Shown here piece after piece: positions 10,686-20,461 of a stretch of DNA of 53,782 nt. The notes under the pieces are model-generated. The model was not told where the DNA came from. It ran no database searches and worked only from the letters and a program-made list of their open reading frames with translations. A program made the translations under genes and the position numbers. Source of the DNA: Bacteroidota bacterium (GTDB lineage Bacteria > Bacteroidota > Ignavibacteria > Kryptoniales > JAKASW01); assembly GCA_021818875.1 (NCBI GenBank), contig JAKASW010000001.1, positions 1 to 53,782 of the forward strand, in the 5' to 3' direction. Numbering within the stretch: the first letter of the stretch is position 1; every line of letters begins with the position of its first letter.

Positions 10686-12266
10686 ATGTCAACCAAGGTA
10701 AATGACGTTTTGAGATTGAGTCTGTCGGCATGGTTGTCGGCGGCGCTCGTTGTCGCTTTCGTTCCGTCGAAATCTTATTCACAATTAGCCAAAGGTAGAA
10801 GCAAATTCGTCGGAAACACAATCAACACCCCGACCAGCATAGAGTCTTACTTCTCGCAGTACTGGGATCAAGTGACTCCGGAAAATGCGGGTAAATGGGG
10901 AAGCGTTCAGGGGAGCGATACCAGCAGTTTCAACTGGACCGGCGTCGAGGATGCTTACAACTATGCAATTTCTCATAATTTCCCGTTCAAGTTTCACAAT
11001 CTGATCTGGGGAAATCAGCAGCCGCAGTTCATGCAGAAGGGCGTTCTCGATTCTGCCCAGCAATACGACGCTATCTCAACGTGGATCGATTCTGTCGGTC
11101 ATAAATTTCCAAAGTCGGCCATGTGCGATGTGGTCAACGAGCCCATTCACACCCCGCCAAACGGAGTCAACAATACGGCAGACTACATACAAGCACTGGG
11201 AGGATCTGGAAAAACAGGTTGGGATTGGGTTATCAAAGCTTTCGAGCTCGCGAAGGCTGCTTTTCCCCCGACCACCAAACTCTTACTCAACGAGTACGGG
11301 ATAGTCAACAGTACATCCACGACCGCACAGTACCTGCAAATTATCCGACTCCTGCAGGCCAGGGGCTTAATCGGCGGTATCGGGGTACAGGCACATTATT
11401 TTTCCGTCCAGGGCACTCCTCTGAGCCTGATTAAACAAAATCTCGATAGTCTCGCTTCGACCGGTTTGCCGATATACATTTCTGAGTTCGACATAAACGA
11501 GCAGAGTGATCAAACGCAGCTGCAGGACTATGAAACATATTTCCCGTTCCTGTACCAGTACCCGGATGTCAAGGGAATAACGATCTGGGGATACAAGGAG
11601 TATCAGACATGGGTTCCGTATTCATATCTGATTACCGACAGGCTTACCCCACGCCCTGCACTTGTATGGCTCGAGCAATATTTCGCGAGTTATTTACAGA
11701 CGAATCTTGTCTCACCGGTCGACACGACAGATGTTCCACGAAACCCTCTACTGGCCTGGAATTCTTCGACAGCAGCAACGACCTATCAAGTTCAAGTGGC
11801 GACCGACAGCCTTTTCTCCAATATTGTAATGGATTCTTCGACAGTCGACACTTCGATCCGACTGGACACCCTTGCTGCGAACTCAACCTACTACTGGCAT
11901 GTTCTGGCAACAAACTCGAGCGACACCGGGAGCTATTCAGACACCGCGAGCTTCACGACGGGAAGTATAATAACAGGGATACTTGATCTCGCCGGAATTC
12001 CGAGTGAATTCGAATTGGATCAGAATTATCCTAACCCATTCAATCCGACCACTACCATCGGCTATCAGTTGCCGGCCAGCAGCTTCGTTACACTGAAAAT
12101 TTATGATGTGCTTGGAAGAATAGTGGCGACGCTTGTGAATGAGAGTCAAAACGCCGGGCCTCATGAAGTTGTGTTCAGTGCAAGTAATCTGCCGAGCGGT
12201 GTTTACTTCTATCGGATCACCGCCGGAGCTCACAGCGCGGTGAAAAGGCTGATGCTTATCAAGTAA
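10686..12266 (+). CDS. GH10 endo-1,4-beta-xylanase with Fn3-like module and T9SS CTD
   Basis: GH10 motifs: FVGNTIN, YWDQVTPENAGKWG, FKFHNLIWGNQQP, acid/base in VVNEPIH and nucleophile in YISEFDI. The Fn3-like module contains NSTYYWHVLATN. The tail is QNYPNPFNPTTTI...VYFYRITAG...KRLMLIK. Confidence 0.9.
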   Translation: MSTKVNDVLRLSLSAWLSAALVVAFVPSKSYSQLAKGRSKFVGNTINTPTSIESYFSQYWDQVTPENAGKWGSVQGSDTSSFNWTGVEDAYNYAISHNFPFKFHNLIWGNQQPQFMQKGVLDSAQQYDAISTWIDSVGHKFPKSAMCDVVNEPIHTPPNGVNNTADYIQALGGSGKTGWDWVIKAFELAKAAFPPTTKLLLNEYGIVNSTSTTAQYLQIIRLLQARGLIGGIGVQAHYFSVQGTPLSLIKQNLDSLASTGLPIYISEFDINEQSDQTQLQDYETYFPFLYQYPDVKGITIWGYKEYQTWVPYSYLITDRLTPRPALVWLEQYFASYLQTNLVSPVDTTDVPRNPLLAWNSSTAATTYQVQVATDSLFSNIVMDSSTVDTSIRLDTLAANSTYYWHVLATNSSDTGSYSDTASFTTGSIITGILDLAGIPSEFELDQNYPNPFNPTTTIGYQLPASSFVTLKIYDVLGRIVATLVNESQNAGPHEVVFSASNLPSGVYFYRITAGAHSAVKRLMLIK

Positions 12267-12379
12267 TCACGAACGACAGTGAAATAGCCAGCGAGGTCAC
12301 CTGGCCTCACCTGATATCGGCCGCTGTTGTCGATCAAATAGAAAGAATTGACAAATAATCATATCAAGGAAGGAACTAA

Positions 12380-14323
12380 ATGAAATCTTTCGATAAGAAA
12401 TCTGTTTTGGTTATGGCTGCTCTGCTGATAATCGCGGGCGGTTCTTCATGCGTGTACGGGCAACAATATACTGTCAGCGGAACGATCACCGCTTCCGGGA
12501 CCCCGGTTCAGGATGCGTTGGTTACTTTCGTAGATAACAGCAATGCCTCTCTAACTTACAGCGCACTTACAAATTCTACAGGGACTTTCAATCTGGGTTC
12601 AATCACAGCGATTGAAGCAAAAAGCCAGTTGCATCGGACTTTCCAGCTCGCGCAAAATTATCCTAATCCGTTCTCATCGGGGACGGCAATATCTTACAAT
12701 TTGGAAAAGAACTCGGACGTCAAGGTAACTATATATGATGTTCTTGGAAGAGTGGTAAGAGACTACACCATGGGATACCAGGGCACGGGAGTTCATGGAA
12801 TTATATGGAACGGAAGAAACAATCTTGGGGAGAAAGTCACACCGGGAGTCTACTTCTATCGACTGCAAGCTAACGGTAAGGCCATAGTCAAGAAAATGGT
12901 TTACGGAATCGGCTCTTCAAACGGCAACGTCTCTCTTACGGGTACTCTTCCATCACAGGCTTTCAAATCTGGCAGTCAGGAGGAAGTTGCCGTTCAAGGT
13001 GAAAATTTTACAGTTAACATCACAAACACCGACAGCACTTCTCCGCTTATGGTGCCGACGTCATTCTCTTCGATAACGGTGATGAGCGATACCACCTTCG
13101 GATTCAGCCTGGTCAAATTGAACCCGGCAACGGTCAATTCCGACAGCCTCATGCAGGTAATCGAAGGCTTCGGCTGTGCAAACGTTCTCATCTTCTATCC
13201 TGCGGGCATGACGACTGCCGAATTGAACACGGCTTTCGATACTACCGCGGGAGACATCGGGCTGACGATAATGCGCGTCTCGATCCCATCCGACTCTACG
13301 CAGTTCAGCCAGGATGTCCCCAGCGTCAAGCTTGCGGACGCTCTCGGTGTGAAGGTTATCGCTACACCATGGACGCCGCCGGCATGGATGAAGACCAACG
13401 ACAATACTTCCGGAGGGAGCCTCGATACGAATGACTATGGAGCTTTCGCATCGTACCTGAAGTCGTTCGGCGATACAATGTCGACCAACGGTGCACCTGT
13501 TTATGCGATCTCGGTTCAGAATGAGCCTAACTTTAAGGCGTCGTATCAATCGTGTTTATGGAATGGAACACAATTTCTCAATTTTATGAAGAACAATGCC
13601 CCGGAGGTTGGTTATCCAGTTTTCATGCCGGAGACGGATGACTTCAGTCATGCTCTCTCAGATTCAACACTGAACGATTCTGTGGCAGCGGCGCATGTCG
13701 CATTCATAGGAGGACACATTTATGGTGATGTTGCTGCAAATGGTACCGTATCATCTTCGGTCCAATACCCGCTCGCTCTGCAGAAAGGTAAACAATTATG
13801 GATGACCGAGTACTTGATAGACACCCCCAACCCACCACCCATCTCAAGTATCGACACAGGTTGGACCGGTGCCATGGCGTCAGCAAAGTGCATAAGCGAT
13901 GTGATGAATTTCAATATGAGCGCATTCGTGTGGTGGCAGGCGAACAGGTACTATTCACTAATTGGAGACGGTAGTTACGGCACCGTGAACGGGCAGGTGA
14001 CTAAGAAAGGTTATGTCACATCCCAGTTTGCCAGATTCATTCGCCCGGGGTATCACCGGATTTATACGTCGTATAGTCCTCAGCAAAACGTTTACCTGAC
14101 TGCGTATGAAGGCAATGGCGAAACCGTCCTTGTCATTCTCAACATGAACTCAAATCCCACTCTTCAGCCGATTACGTTGATGAACTCAAACGTCACGACT
14201 TTTACGCCGTATGTTACAACTGATTACCAGAATTGCCAGCAACAAAGCAGCGTTACGGTATCAAATGGGAAATTCACGGCCACTCTCGCTCCGTCGAGCA
14301 TAACGACCTATGTATCGAACTAA
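12380..14323 (+). CDS. GH30 subfamily-8-like glucuronoxylanase with an N-terminal CarboxypepD_reg-like domain and an INTERNAL T9SS-CTD-like module
   Basis: GH30 catalytic part: IEGFGCAN, GLTIMRVSIP, ATPWTPPAWMK, acid/base in SVQNEPN, nucleophile in WMTEY, and WWQANRYYS (the loop equivalent to WWYIRRSYGP of XynC). Residues about 88-175, LAQNYPNPFSSGTAISY...VTIYDVLGR...GVYFYRLQANGKAIVKKMV, form a complete CTD-like module. It sits upstream of the catalytic domain. Confidence 0.8.
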   Translation: MKSFDKKSVLVMAALLIIAGGSSCVYGQQYTVSGTITASGTPVQDALVTFVDNSNASLTYSALTNSTGTFNLGSITAIEAKSQLHRTFQLAQNYPNPFSSGTAISYNLEKNSDVKVTIYDVLGRVVRDYTMGYQGTGVHGIIWNGRNNLGEKVTPGVYFYRLQANGKAIVKKMVYGIGSSNGNVSLTGTLPSQAFKSGSQEEVAVQGENFTVNITNTDSTSPLMVPTSFSSITVMSDTTFGFSLVKLNPATVNSDSLMQVIEGFGCANVLIFYPAGMTTAELNTAFDTTAGDIGLTIMRVSIPSDSTQFSQDVPSVKLADALGVKVIATPWTPPAWMKTNDNTSGGSLDTNDYGAFASYLKSFGDTMSTNGAPVYAISVQNEPNFKASYQSCLWNGTQFLNFMKNNAPEVGYPVFMPETDDFSHALSDSTLNDSVAAAHVAFIGGHIYGDVAANGTVSSSVQYPLALQKGKQLWMTEYLIDTPNPPPISSIDTGWTGAMASAKCISDVMNFNMSAFVWWQANRYYSLIGDGSYGTVNGQVTKKGYVTSQFARFIRPGYHRIYTSYSPQQNVYLTAYEGNGETVLVILNMNSNPTLQPITLMNSNVTTFTPYVTTDYQNCQQQSSVTVSNGKFTATLAPSSITTYVSN

Positions 14324-14338
14324 AACGAGGATCTCGTC

Positions 14339-15388
14339 ATGCATCTATTTATGTCAGGGGATTCAATTCGCCGCCGGCTGTACTTTGGATTATGGATACT
14401 GCTGATGTCCGGTGGTCCATCTTCAGCTCAGGCACCTTCAAGCACTTACCAGGTTGCACCCTGGAGGGACTTTCGGCAGGCAGCAATAAGTTTCACCTTC
14501 GATGACAATCTTCCGAACCAGCTTGCCATTGCTGTTCCGATGTTCAATCGTTTCAATTTCAAGGTTACACTCTTTACCGTAACGAGTCCAAAATGGGTGT
14601 GGCCGGCAAACTGGAATGGGTTGCAGAAAGCGGCTTCGGAAGGCAACGAAATCGGTAGCCACACGATCAACCATCCGAATTTCGATACGCTCTCCGATTC
14701 AGCGCTGCGGTCAGAGTTGTTGCTGTCCCAGGATACCATCAGCGCGCATATCAAAGGCCAGAGGTGCATAACGATCGCCTATCCATACTGTGTCCCGGGG
14801 AATGAAGCGATAGACGCCGAATATTACATCGCAGCTCGCGGATGTTCGGGTCAGATTGTGAGCAAAACTCCATTCGACTTCATGAACATCAGCTCATTTG
14901 TCTGTGGTGACCAGGGCCTGAACAGCGTCGATGCCGTCGAGACCGAAGCAAACAAGGCGGCGACATCAGGTGGATGGTGTGTGTACCTTATTCATGGAAT
15001 CAACTTCAACGAGCCGGGCGCTTACTCTCCAGTATCCCAGGACACCATATTTGCCGTTCTCAAGTACTTGAGTGCAAATCCTGACAAATTCTGGGTCGCT
15101 CCGTTTGGAACCGTTGCCCGGTATATTAAAGAGAGAAACTCTGCATCGATCTCGGAGGTCTCAGCAGCCGCCGACAGCATCGTGGTACATCTGGAAGACG
15201 ACCTCGACAGTGCATTCTACGACGTCCCACTTACGATCCGTCGTCCGCTTCCTTCGGGCTGGGTTTCAGTTGCCGTTCGGCAAAATGGTGAGACAATGCC
15301 TTCGCAAATAGTCAAGCTGCAAGGTGTAAACTACGTTATGTTTGAAGCTGTGCCGAAAATGAGTGATATTACGATTGAAAAAAGGTAA
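14339..15388 (+). CDS. CE4 polysaccharide deacetylase (NodB homology), probable acetyl-xylan esterase
   Basis: NodB motifs FTFDDNLPNQ and GSHTINHPN, plus an N-terminal signal peptide. A C-terminal ~90-aa beta-sandwich-like extension is present. Confidence 0.75.
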   Translation: MHLFMSGDSIRRRLYFGLWILLMSGGPSSAQAPSSTYQVAPWRDFRQAAISFTFDDNLPNQLAIAVPMFNRFNFKVTLFTVTSPKWVWPANWNGLQKAASEGNEIGSHTINHPNFDTLSDSALRSELLLSQDTISAHIKGQRCITIAYPYCVPGNEAIDAEYYIAARGCSGQIVSKTPFDFMNISSFVCGDQGLNSVDAVETEANKAATSGGWCVYLIHGINFNEPGAYSPVSQDTIFAVLKYLSANPDKFWVAPFGTVARYIKERNSASISEVSAAADSIVVHLEDDLDSAFYDVPLTIRRPLPSGWVSVAVRQNGETMPSQIVKLQGVNYVMFEAVPKMSDITIEKR

Positions 15389-15439
15389 TTTACTGGCAGA
15401 AATCTAGTATTCACTCACGAAATCTCAGGCAGGTGTGGC

Positions 15440-17443
15440 ATGAAACGTCTCTTACTTTTTTTAATCACGTTGTCCTTCGCAATCGTCCCTTCGTTGAGTG
15501 CACAGGTGAACCAAAGCACTGCAACGCTCGATGTTTCGAAGATCAGGTACAAGATCAACAAGAATATCTACGGACAATTTAGCGAAAACCTCGGACATTG
15601 TATTTACGGGGGTATTTGGGTCGGACCGAACTCTCCGATCCCGAACATCGACGGGATACGAAAGGATGTGGTCGAGGCATTGAGGCGAATTAAGGTCCCC
15701 GTCGACCGCTGGCCGGGTGGATGCTTTGCAGATGGCTACAACTGGAAGGATGGAATTGGTCCGAGGCGGCTCCGTCCCAAGACGACCAACACCAGTTGGG
15801 GAAATGTCCCGGACGACAACGCTTTCGGAACGGCCGAGTTCTTGGAGTTCTGCAAATTGATCGGGTGCCAGCCGTACATCACCGGCAATTTAGGAAGCGG
15901 GACTGTCGGGGAGTTGTCGCAGTGGGTGGAGTACTGCAACTCCAACGATGTAAGCTCAATAACCGAGCTCAGGAAAAAGTACGGGCACGCGCAAGCCTGG
16001 GGGGTGAAATACTGGGGACTCGGCAATGAAAGCTGGGGGTGCGGTGGGAACATGACACCGGAATACTATTCCGACCTCGTGCGCCGGTACTCCACTTTCA
16101 TGAAAGATTACGGCAAGAACAGGGTCTTCAAGATCGCCGTCGGGCCGGGCGGGAACGATTACAACTGGACCAACGTGGTGATGAAAGACGCCAGGCAGAG
16201 TTTCGATGGATTATCTTTGCACTATTACTCCTTTGCTAATGAAAAACCTGCGACGGATTTCACTCAAAAAGGCTGGTTCAATATTATTCAAAGTACGCTG
16301 CAGATGAACACGCTCATAAACAAAAACGATTCTATAATGAATATCTACGACCCGGGCAAGAGAATCGCCCTCGTAGTCGATGAATATGGAACATGGTACG
16401 CCGTCCAGCCCGGGACTAATCCGGCATTTCTTTACCAGCAAAATACGATGAGAGATGCAGTGGCCGCTTCCTGCAATCTGAACATCTTCAACAACCATTG
16501 CGACCGTGTGAGGATGGCATGCATCGCACAATTGGTAAACGTGCTTCAGTCGATGATCCTGACGGATGGCCCGAAGATGGTTCTGACGCCGACTTACTGG
16601 GTGTTCGATCTTTATAAGGTAAATCAGAACGCGATGATGGTTCCGATCAAGATAAATTCCGCGGAGTATTCGTTCGACGGAGAATCGATTCCGGCAGTCA
16701 ATGCTTCGGCTTCCCTCGATAGCACAGGGACAGTTCATGTTTCGCTGTGCAACGTCGATCCCAATTCGCCGGAGGTGGTCACATTCCGGCTTGAAAGCTT
16801 CAAAGGAAAGAAAATTTCCGGGAGAGTGCTGACGGCCGAGAAAATGAACGCCCATAATACTTTCGATAATCCGAACGCGGTTGTTCCGAAAGAGTTCACC
16901 GGCTATAGACTTGACAACGACAGTGTCATGACGGTGACCATGCCGCCGATGTCGGTAGTTGTCCTCTCGATGGGCGGTACACTCGAGCCGCCACCGCCTC
17001 TTAAGGTCAAAAACCCGGTGGAGGGACTCAACTATGAATATTACCAGGGAACGTGGCAGGAGCTGCCGAACTTCGCTCTCCTTACACCTGACCGGAAAGG
17101 CACGATCGCAGACTTCACCATCCCGAAACAAAACTCCGGTCAAGACTTCGGGGTGCAGTATGAAGGATACATAAAACTTCCGGGTACTGGCTTATACACT
17201 TTTTCCCTGGGGTCGGACGACGGTTCGAGTCTTTATATCGACGGGCAATTGGTCGTTTCGAATGATGGTGAGCACGCAGTAGTGTTCCAGTCGGGAACCG
17301 ATTACCTTGGGGCCGGCTTCCACGAAATAAAGGTCACGTACTTTCAAGCTGGCGGCGGGATGGACCTGGTCGCGGGCATAGAAGGTCCCGGCGTGAAGAG
17401 AGAAAGGATTCCTTCAAGTATGTTGTTCCGGGAAGGGAAATGA
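15440..17443 (+). CDS. GH51 alpha-L-arabinofuranosidase fused to a C-terminal PA14 domain
   Basis: GH51 motifs: NKNIYGQFSENLGHCIYGGIWVG, WPGGCFADGYNWKDGIGP, YWGLGNESWGCGG (acid/base Glu) and VVDEYGTWY (nucleophile). The C-terminal GLNYEYYQGTWQELPNF...GLYTFSLGSDDGSSLYIDGQLVVSNDGEH...VTYFQAGGG is PA14-like. Signal peptide MKRLLLFLITLSFAIVPSLSAQ. Confidence 0.85.
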   Translation: MKRLLLFLITLSFAIVPSLSAQVNQSTATLDVSKIRYKINKNIYGQFSENLGHCIYGGIWVGPNSPIPNIDGIRKDVVEALRRIKVPVDRWPGGCFADGYNWKDGIGPRRLRPKTTNTSWGNVPDDNAFGTAEFLEFCKLIGCQPYITGNLGSGTVGELSQWVEYCNSNDVSSITELRKKYGHAQAWGVKYWGLGNESWGCGGNMTPEYYSDLVRRYSTFMKDYGKNRVFKIAVGPGGNDYNWTNVVMKDARQSFDGLSLHYYSFANEKPATDFTQKGWFNIIQSTLQMNTLINKNDSIMNIYDPGKRIALVVDEYGTWYAVQPGTNPAFLYQQNTMRDAVAASCNLNIFNNHCDRVRMACIAQLVNVLQSMILTDGPKMVLTPTYWVFDLYKVNQNAMMVPIKINSAEYSFDGESIPAVNASASLDSTGTVHVSLCNVDPNSPEVVTFRLESFKGKKISGRVLTAEKMNAHNTFDNPNAVVPKEFTGYRLDNDSVMTVTMPPMSVVVLSMGGTLEPPPPLKVKNPVEGLNYEYYQGTWQELPNFALLTPDRKGTIADFTIPKQNSGQDFGVQYEGYIKLPGTGLYTFSLGSDDGSSLYIDGQLVVSNDGEHAVVFQSGTDYLGAGFHEIKVTYFQAGGGMDLVAGIEGPGVKRERIPSSMLFREGK

Positions 17444-17462
17444 AAATACCCCGGTCTGCCAG

Positions 17463-19289
17463 ATGATTAAGAGTACATTGAGATCCGCCGTGTTCCTCGC
17501 GGCCTCTCTCTTCTATTTGGGAGCGTTACACGCCCAGGATTTCGGCAAGTGGGCCCAAACGCCTCCGATGGGATGGAACAGTTGGGACTGCTTCGGCTCC
17601 ACCGTCAACGAACGCGAGGTCAGGGCAAATGCTGATTACATGGCTGCGCATCTGAAGAAATATGGGTGGAAATACATTGTGGTCGATATTCGGTGGTATG
17701 TGTCGAACCCTCACGTGCGTGCTTACAATGAGACTGATCCGATCATCAACATGGATAAGTACGGTCGACTCATTCCGGCTGTCAACCGTTTTCCTTCTTC
17801 TGCAGGCGGCAAAGGATTCAGGCCGCTCGCCGATTACATTCATAGTCTCGGCCTCAAATTTGGTATCCATATCATGCGCGGCATACCGAGGCTGGCTGTC
17901 GAACGCAACACACCGATACTCGGCACACATTTTACCGCTGGAGATGTGTACGACACGACGGAGCTGTGCACATGGCTCCACGATATGTATTCGGTTGATG
18001 CGGCTAAACCTGGAGCACAGCAATATTACAATTCCATCTTCAAGTTGTACGCATCGTGGGGCGTCGACTTTGTGAAGGTAGATGATATCGCCAGTCCGTA
18101 TCATGAAGCGGAAATCGAGATGGTCCGAAAGGCCATCGATAATTGTGGACGGCCGATTGTCCTGAGCCTGTCACCCGGCCCGGCGCCGTTGCAGGACGCG
18201 GAGAACGTCGCCGCTCACGCCAACATGTGGCGTATCGTGAATGACTTCTGGGACAATTGGTCGCAGCTCGAAGAGCACTTCTCGGCATTTGAGGAGTGGA
18301 TCCACTATATGAGTCCAGGTCACTGGCCCGATGGCGATATGCTTCCGTTAGGAAAAATCGGGATACGCGCTCAGGAAGGACCGCCGCGTATGACGAACTT
18401 CACCAGAGACGAACAATACACTTTGATGTCGCTCTTCTTAATTTGCCGATCACCGTTGATGTTTGGTGGGAATCTTCCGGACAACGATCAGCTCACTTTG
18501 AATCTGATTACAAACAAGGAAGCACTTGATGTCGTGGACGAAAGCACCGACAACCGTCTCCTCTTTGACGATGGCGACAGGATTGCCTGGACGGCTAATC
18601 AAATGGGCACGAAAGACAAATATGTCGCTCTCTTCTATGCCGGCGACCGAATGCCGATCCTCGAACGCGATGCAATATGGAACAGCAGGCTGCTATCGTG
18701 GCGGCCTGGCCGGCAAAGTGAGCAAGTCAACGTGAATATCGGCAACGCAAAGAAACTTTACCTGGTTGTGACTCCCGGTTCAAGCAGTACTAATTGGGAT
18801 CATTCTGATTGGATAGAACCGGAGCTCAGGGGCAAAAAAGGCGTTCTGAAGCTTACCGACCTCAAATGGGTGAGTGCGACTTCAGGCTGGAGCAGTGTAA
18901 AGGTCGATAAGAGTGTCGAAGGAAACAAGTTGACCGTGGACGGCAAAGAATATGGCGATGGCATCGGCACGCATGCTCAATCCATCATCGAGTACGATAT
19001 TCCGGAAGGGTATGATACATTTTCTGCTTTAGTGGGACTCGACAAGGAATGCGTCAGTCATCACGAAGGCGCAACTGTCAGGTTCCATGTCTTTACACAT
19101 AGTCCGACGGGTTCTTCACCGAAGGATTCAGTCAGGATTTCTGTGACGCTTGCGCATCTCGGTCTGAAAGGACTGTGCCGGGTTCGCGACCTGTGGGCGA
19201 AGAAGGATATCGGAGAATTCAGGAATCGAGTATCGCTTTGGGTGAGGGATCATGGAGCGAGGTTATTGAAAATCAGTCCGGCAGAATGA
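17463..19289 (+). CDS. GH27-like alpha-galactosidase (or beta-L-arabinopyranosidase) with C-terminal NPCBM-type carbohydrate-binding domain
   Basis: PPMGWNSWDCFGSTVNEREVRANADYMAAHLKKYGWKYIVVD and WGVDFVKVDD are typical of the GH27/36 clan. The C-terminal LKLTDLKWVSATSGWSSVKVDKSVEGNKLTVDGKEYGDGIGTHAQSIIEYDI resembles NPCBM/NEW2. Confidence 0.65.
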   Translation: MIKSTLRSAVFLAASLFYLGALHAQDFGKWAQTPPMGWNSWDCFGSTVNEREVRANADYMAAHLKKYGWKYIVVDIRWYVSNPHVRAYNETDPIINMDKYGRLIPAVNRFPSSAGGKGFRPLADYIHSLGLKFGIHIMRGIPRLAVERNTPILGTHFTAGDVYDTTELCTWLHDMYSVDAAKPGAQQYYNSIFKLYASWGVDFVKVDDIASPYHEAEIEMVRKAIDNCGRPIVLSLSPGPAPLQDAENVAAHANMWRIVNDFWDNWSQLEEHFSAFEEWIHYMSPGHWPDGDMLPLGKIGIRAQEGPPRMTNFTRDEQYTLMSLFLICRSPLMFGGNLPDNDQLTLNLITNKEALDVVDESTDNRLLFDDGDRIAWTANQMGTKDKYVALFYAGDRMPILERDAIWNSRLLSWRPGRQSEQVNVNIGNAKKLYLVVTPGSSSTNWDHSDWIEPELRGKKGVLKLTDLKWVSATSGWSSVKVDKSVEGNKLTVDGKEYGDGIGTHAQSIIEYDIPEGYDTFSALVGLDKECVSHHEGATVRFHVFTHSPTGSSPKDSVRISVTLAHLGLKGLCRVRDLWAKKDIGEFRNRVSLWVRDHGARLLKISPAE

Positions 19290-20440
19290 GGGCATTGAAA
19301 TCGCCAGGGAGAATCAGGCTCCGCAAGGAGTTTGTACCGGGTCTCTCTCTGCTATTTGTTGTGCTCCTCCAATTAAGCGGCTGCTCTTTCTTCATTACAA
19401 AACCGGAAGTGAAAAGCACAGGAATTATCGATGCCGATAATCCGTACATTCAATACATCGGGCGATTCGATTTTTCAAATCCGCAGAGAGTCGTCTTTGA
19501 CTGGGCAGGCGTTTACATCTGTGCAAAATTCGAAGGGACGAGCTGCTCACTCCGGCTGAAAGACAGCACCGATTACTATGATGTGGTAATCGATGATCAT
19601 GCGCCGATCATACTCCACACAGATAGCGCGGATTCGATCTACAGAGTTGCATCGGGATTATCCGATTCGGTTTCACATGCTATCATGGTACAGAAGCGAA
19701 CCGAAGCCCTCGTCGGAGCCGGCGTGTTCATGGGATTTATTCTTGATAAGGGGAAGACTCTTCTGCCGATGCCTCGGCGTCCGGACAGGCGAATCGAGTT
19801 CGTAGGGAATTCCATAACATCCGGTTATGGAAATGAGGCGGACTCATCGGACCATTACTTTCAGGGATCTACTGAAGATGCATGTCTGTCGTTTGCTTCT
19901 ATCACCGGAAGGGAGCTTCACGCAGATTATTCGTTGATTTCATGGTCAGGAAGAGGCGTCGTTCGGAATTACGGGGACAGCAATAGGGTCTCCCGTGACC
20001 CGATGCCTGCCTTCTATGATCGGACTCTGGCTACTGATTCGACGTTGAAATGGAATTTCAAAAATTGGATTCCTCAGGCCGTCGTAATCAATCTCGGTAC
20101 GAACGATTTCTCGACTCACCCATATCCGGATTCCGCAGTATTCGTGAACGCGTACGGTCGGCTGATCGATCATGTCCGTTCGTTATATCCTGGAGTGACT
20201 CTTTTCTGCTGTTGTGGTCCGATGATCGGTGAGCCTTGTTTCGAGTACGTAAAGGAAGTCGTCAATCTGCAACAAGAAAAAGAAGGTCGGAACAAAGACG
20301 TCTTCTTCGTTAATATGGATTCGAGTAGGATTAACATAACGCTGAAAGACCTTGGCCTCAACGAACACCCAAACATCGAAGGTGCATGGAAGATGGCACG
20401 GGTGCTCGTGCGAGAGATGAACCTCAGGATGCTCTGGTAG
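19286..20440 (+). CDS. SGNH/GDSL hydrolase with N-terminal beta-sandwich (CE2-like acetyl-xylan esterase), lipoprotein
   Basis: From ORF 19175..20440. The likely start is ATG 19286, which overlaps the upstream stop (ATGA). It gives the lipobox LLQLSGC. SGNH blocks present: IEFVGNSITSGYGNE, VVINLGTNDF and NEHPN. Confidence 0.65.
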   Translation: MRALKSPGRIRLRKEFVPGLSLLFVVLLQLSGCSFFITKPEVKSTGIIDADNPYIQYIGRFDFSNPQRVVFDWAGVYICAKFEGTSCSLRLKDSTDYYDVVIDDHAPIILHTDSADSIYRVASGLSDSVSHAIMVQKRTEALVGAGVFMGFILDKGKTLLPMPRRPDRRIEFVGNSITSGYGNEADSSDHYFQGSTEDACLSFASITGRELHADYSLISWSGRGVVRNYGDSNRVSRDPMPAFYDRTLATDSTLKWNFKNWIPQAVVINLGTNDFSTHPYPDSAVFVNAYGRLIDHVRSLYPGVTLFCCCGPMIGEPCFEYVKEVVNLQQEKEGRNKDVFFVNMDSSRINITLKDLGLNEHPNIEGAWKMARVLVREMNLRMLW

Positions 20441-20461
20441 CCCTTCGACGAAAGGAAATAG

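Noticed and set aside
16211-17143. 310-aa ORF on the minus strand
   Set aside because: It lies entirely antisense inside the well-supported GH51 gene. The translation is R/H/C-rich and low in complexity, with no family motif. It is a typical shadow ORF of a moderately GC-rich coding region.
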